Shown here piece by piece: positions 63,937 through 64,000 of a DNA stretch of 64,000 bases; positions within the stretch are counted from its first letter, which is position 1; each line of letters begins with the position of its first letter. This DNA is from Malacoraja senta (Eukaryota): contig CM075988.1 in NCBI GenBank assembly GCA_038087875.1, forward strand, positions 27,282,001-27,346,000, in the 5' to 3' direction. Under the pieces are notes generated by a model. The model ran no database searches. It worked only from the letters and a program-made list of their open reading frames with translations, and was not told where the DNA came from. Position numbers and translations under genes: made by a program.

Positions 63937-64000
63937 CTCATGTAATTGTGTTAACACACTCAATAAAACTGTACTTTTTTCCAACTGTTGTTTCAGTTCA
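63937..64000 (-). CDS. ZW10: ZW10 exon 3 (partial, runs off window end)
   Basis: Minus-strand translation ELKQQLEKSTVLLSVLTQLHE resembles human [21 protein letters not shown]; followed by donor GAG|gtaaat, phase 0. Confidence 0.9.

Overview
Vertebrate genomic DNA, very likely from a cartilaginous fish (skate/ray type), judged from the repeat content: V-domain tRNA-derived SINEs of the HE1 kind, CR1/HER1-like LINEs and Penelope-like GIY-YIG fragments. One host gene is recognisable. ZW10 (kinetochore RZZ / NRZ tethering subunit) lies on the minus strand, from a partial exon at the window end through 13 complete exons to the stop at 13320; the complete exons join into 2007 nt in frame, and one intron uses a GC donor. 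The rest is densely nested transposon debris (CR1, RTE-X, Rex/Babar, Penelope, Tc1, hAT, Harbinger, Helitron-like), satellites and a 200-N gap. The most notable finding is a ~135-nt non-coding retroposon present in three copies with TSDs. Its first 54 nt fold into a complete minimal HDV-like self-cleaving ribozyme, and each copy's 5' end falls at the predicted cleavage site (exactly in two copies, within one base in the third). Also notable are two inverted, cargo-carrying hAT5-like transposons bracketing ZW10 exons 7-10, and hammerhead-like motifs in the Penelope terminal repeats. Exon numbering and homology come from my recall of human ZW10, not from a database search. Repeat boundaries are approximate unless a TSD is given.
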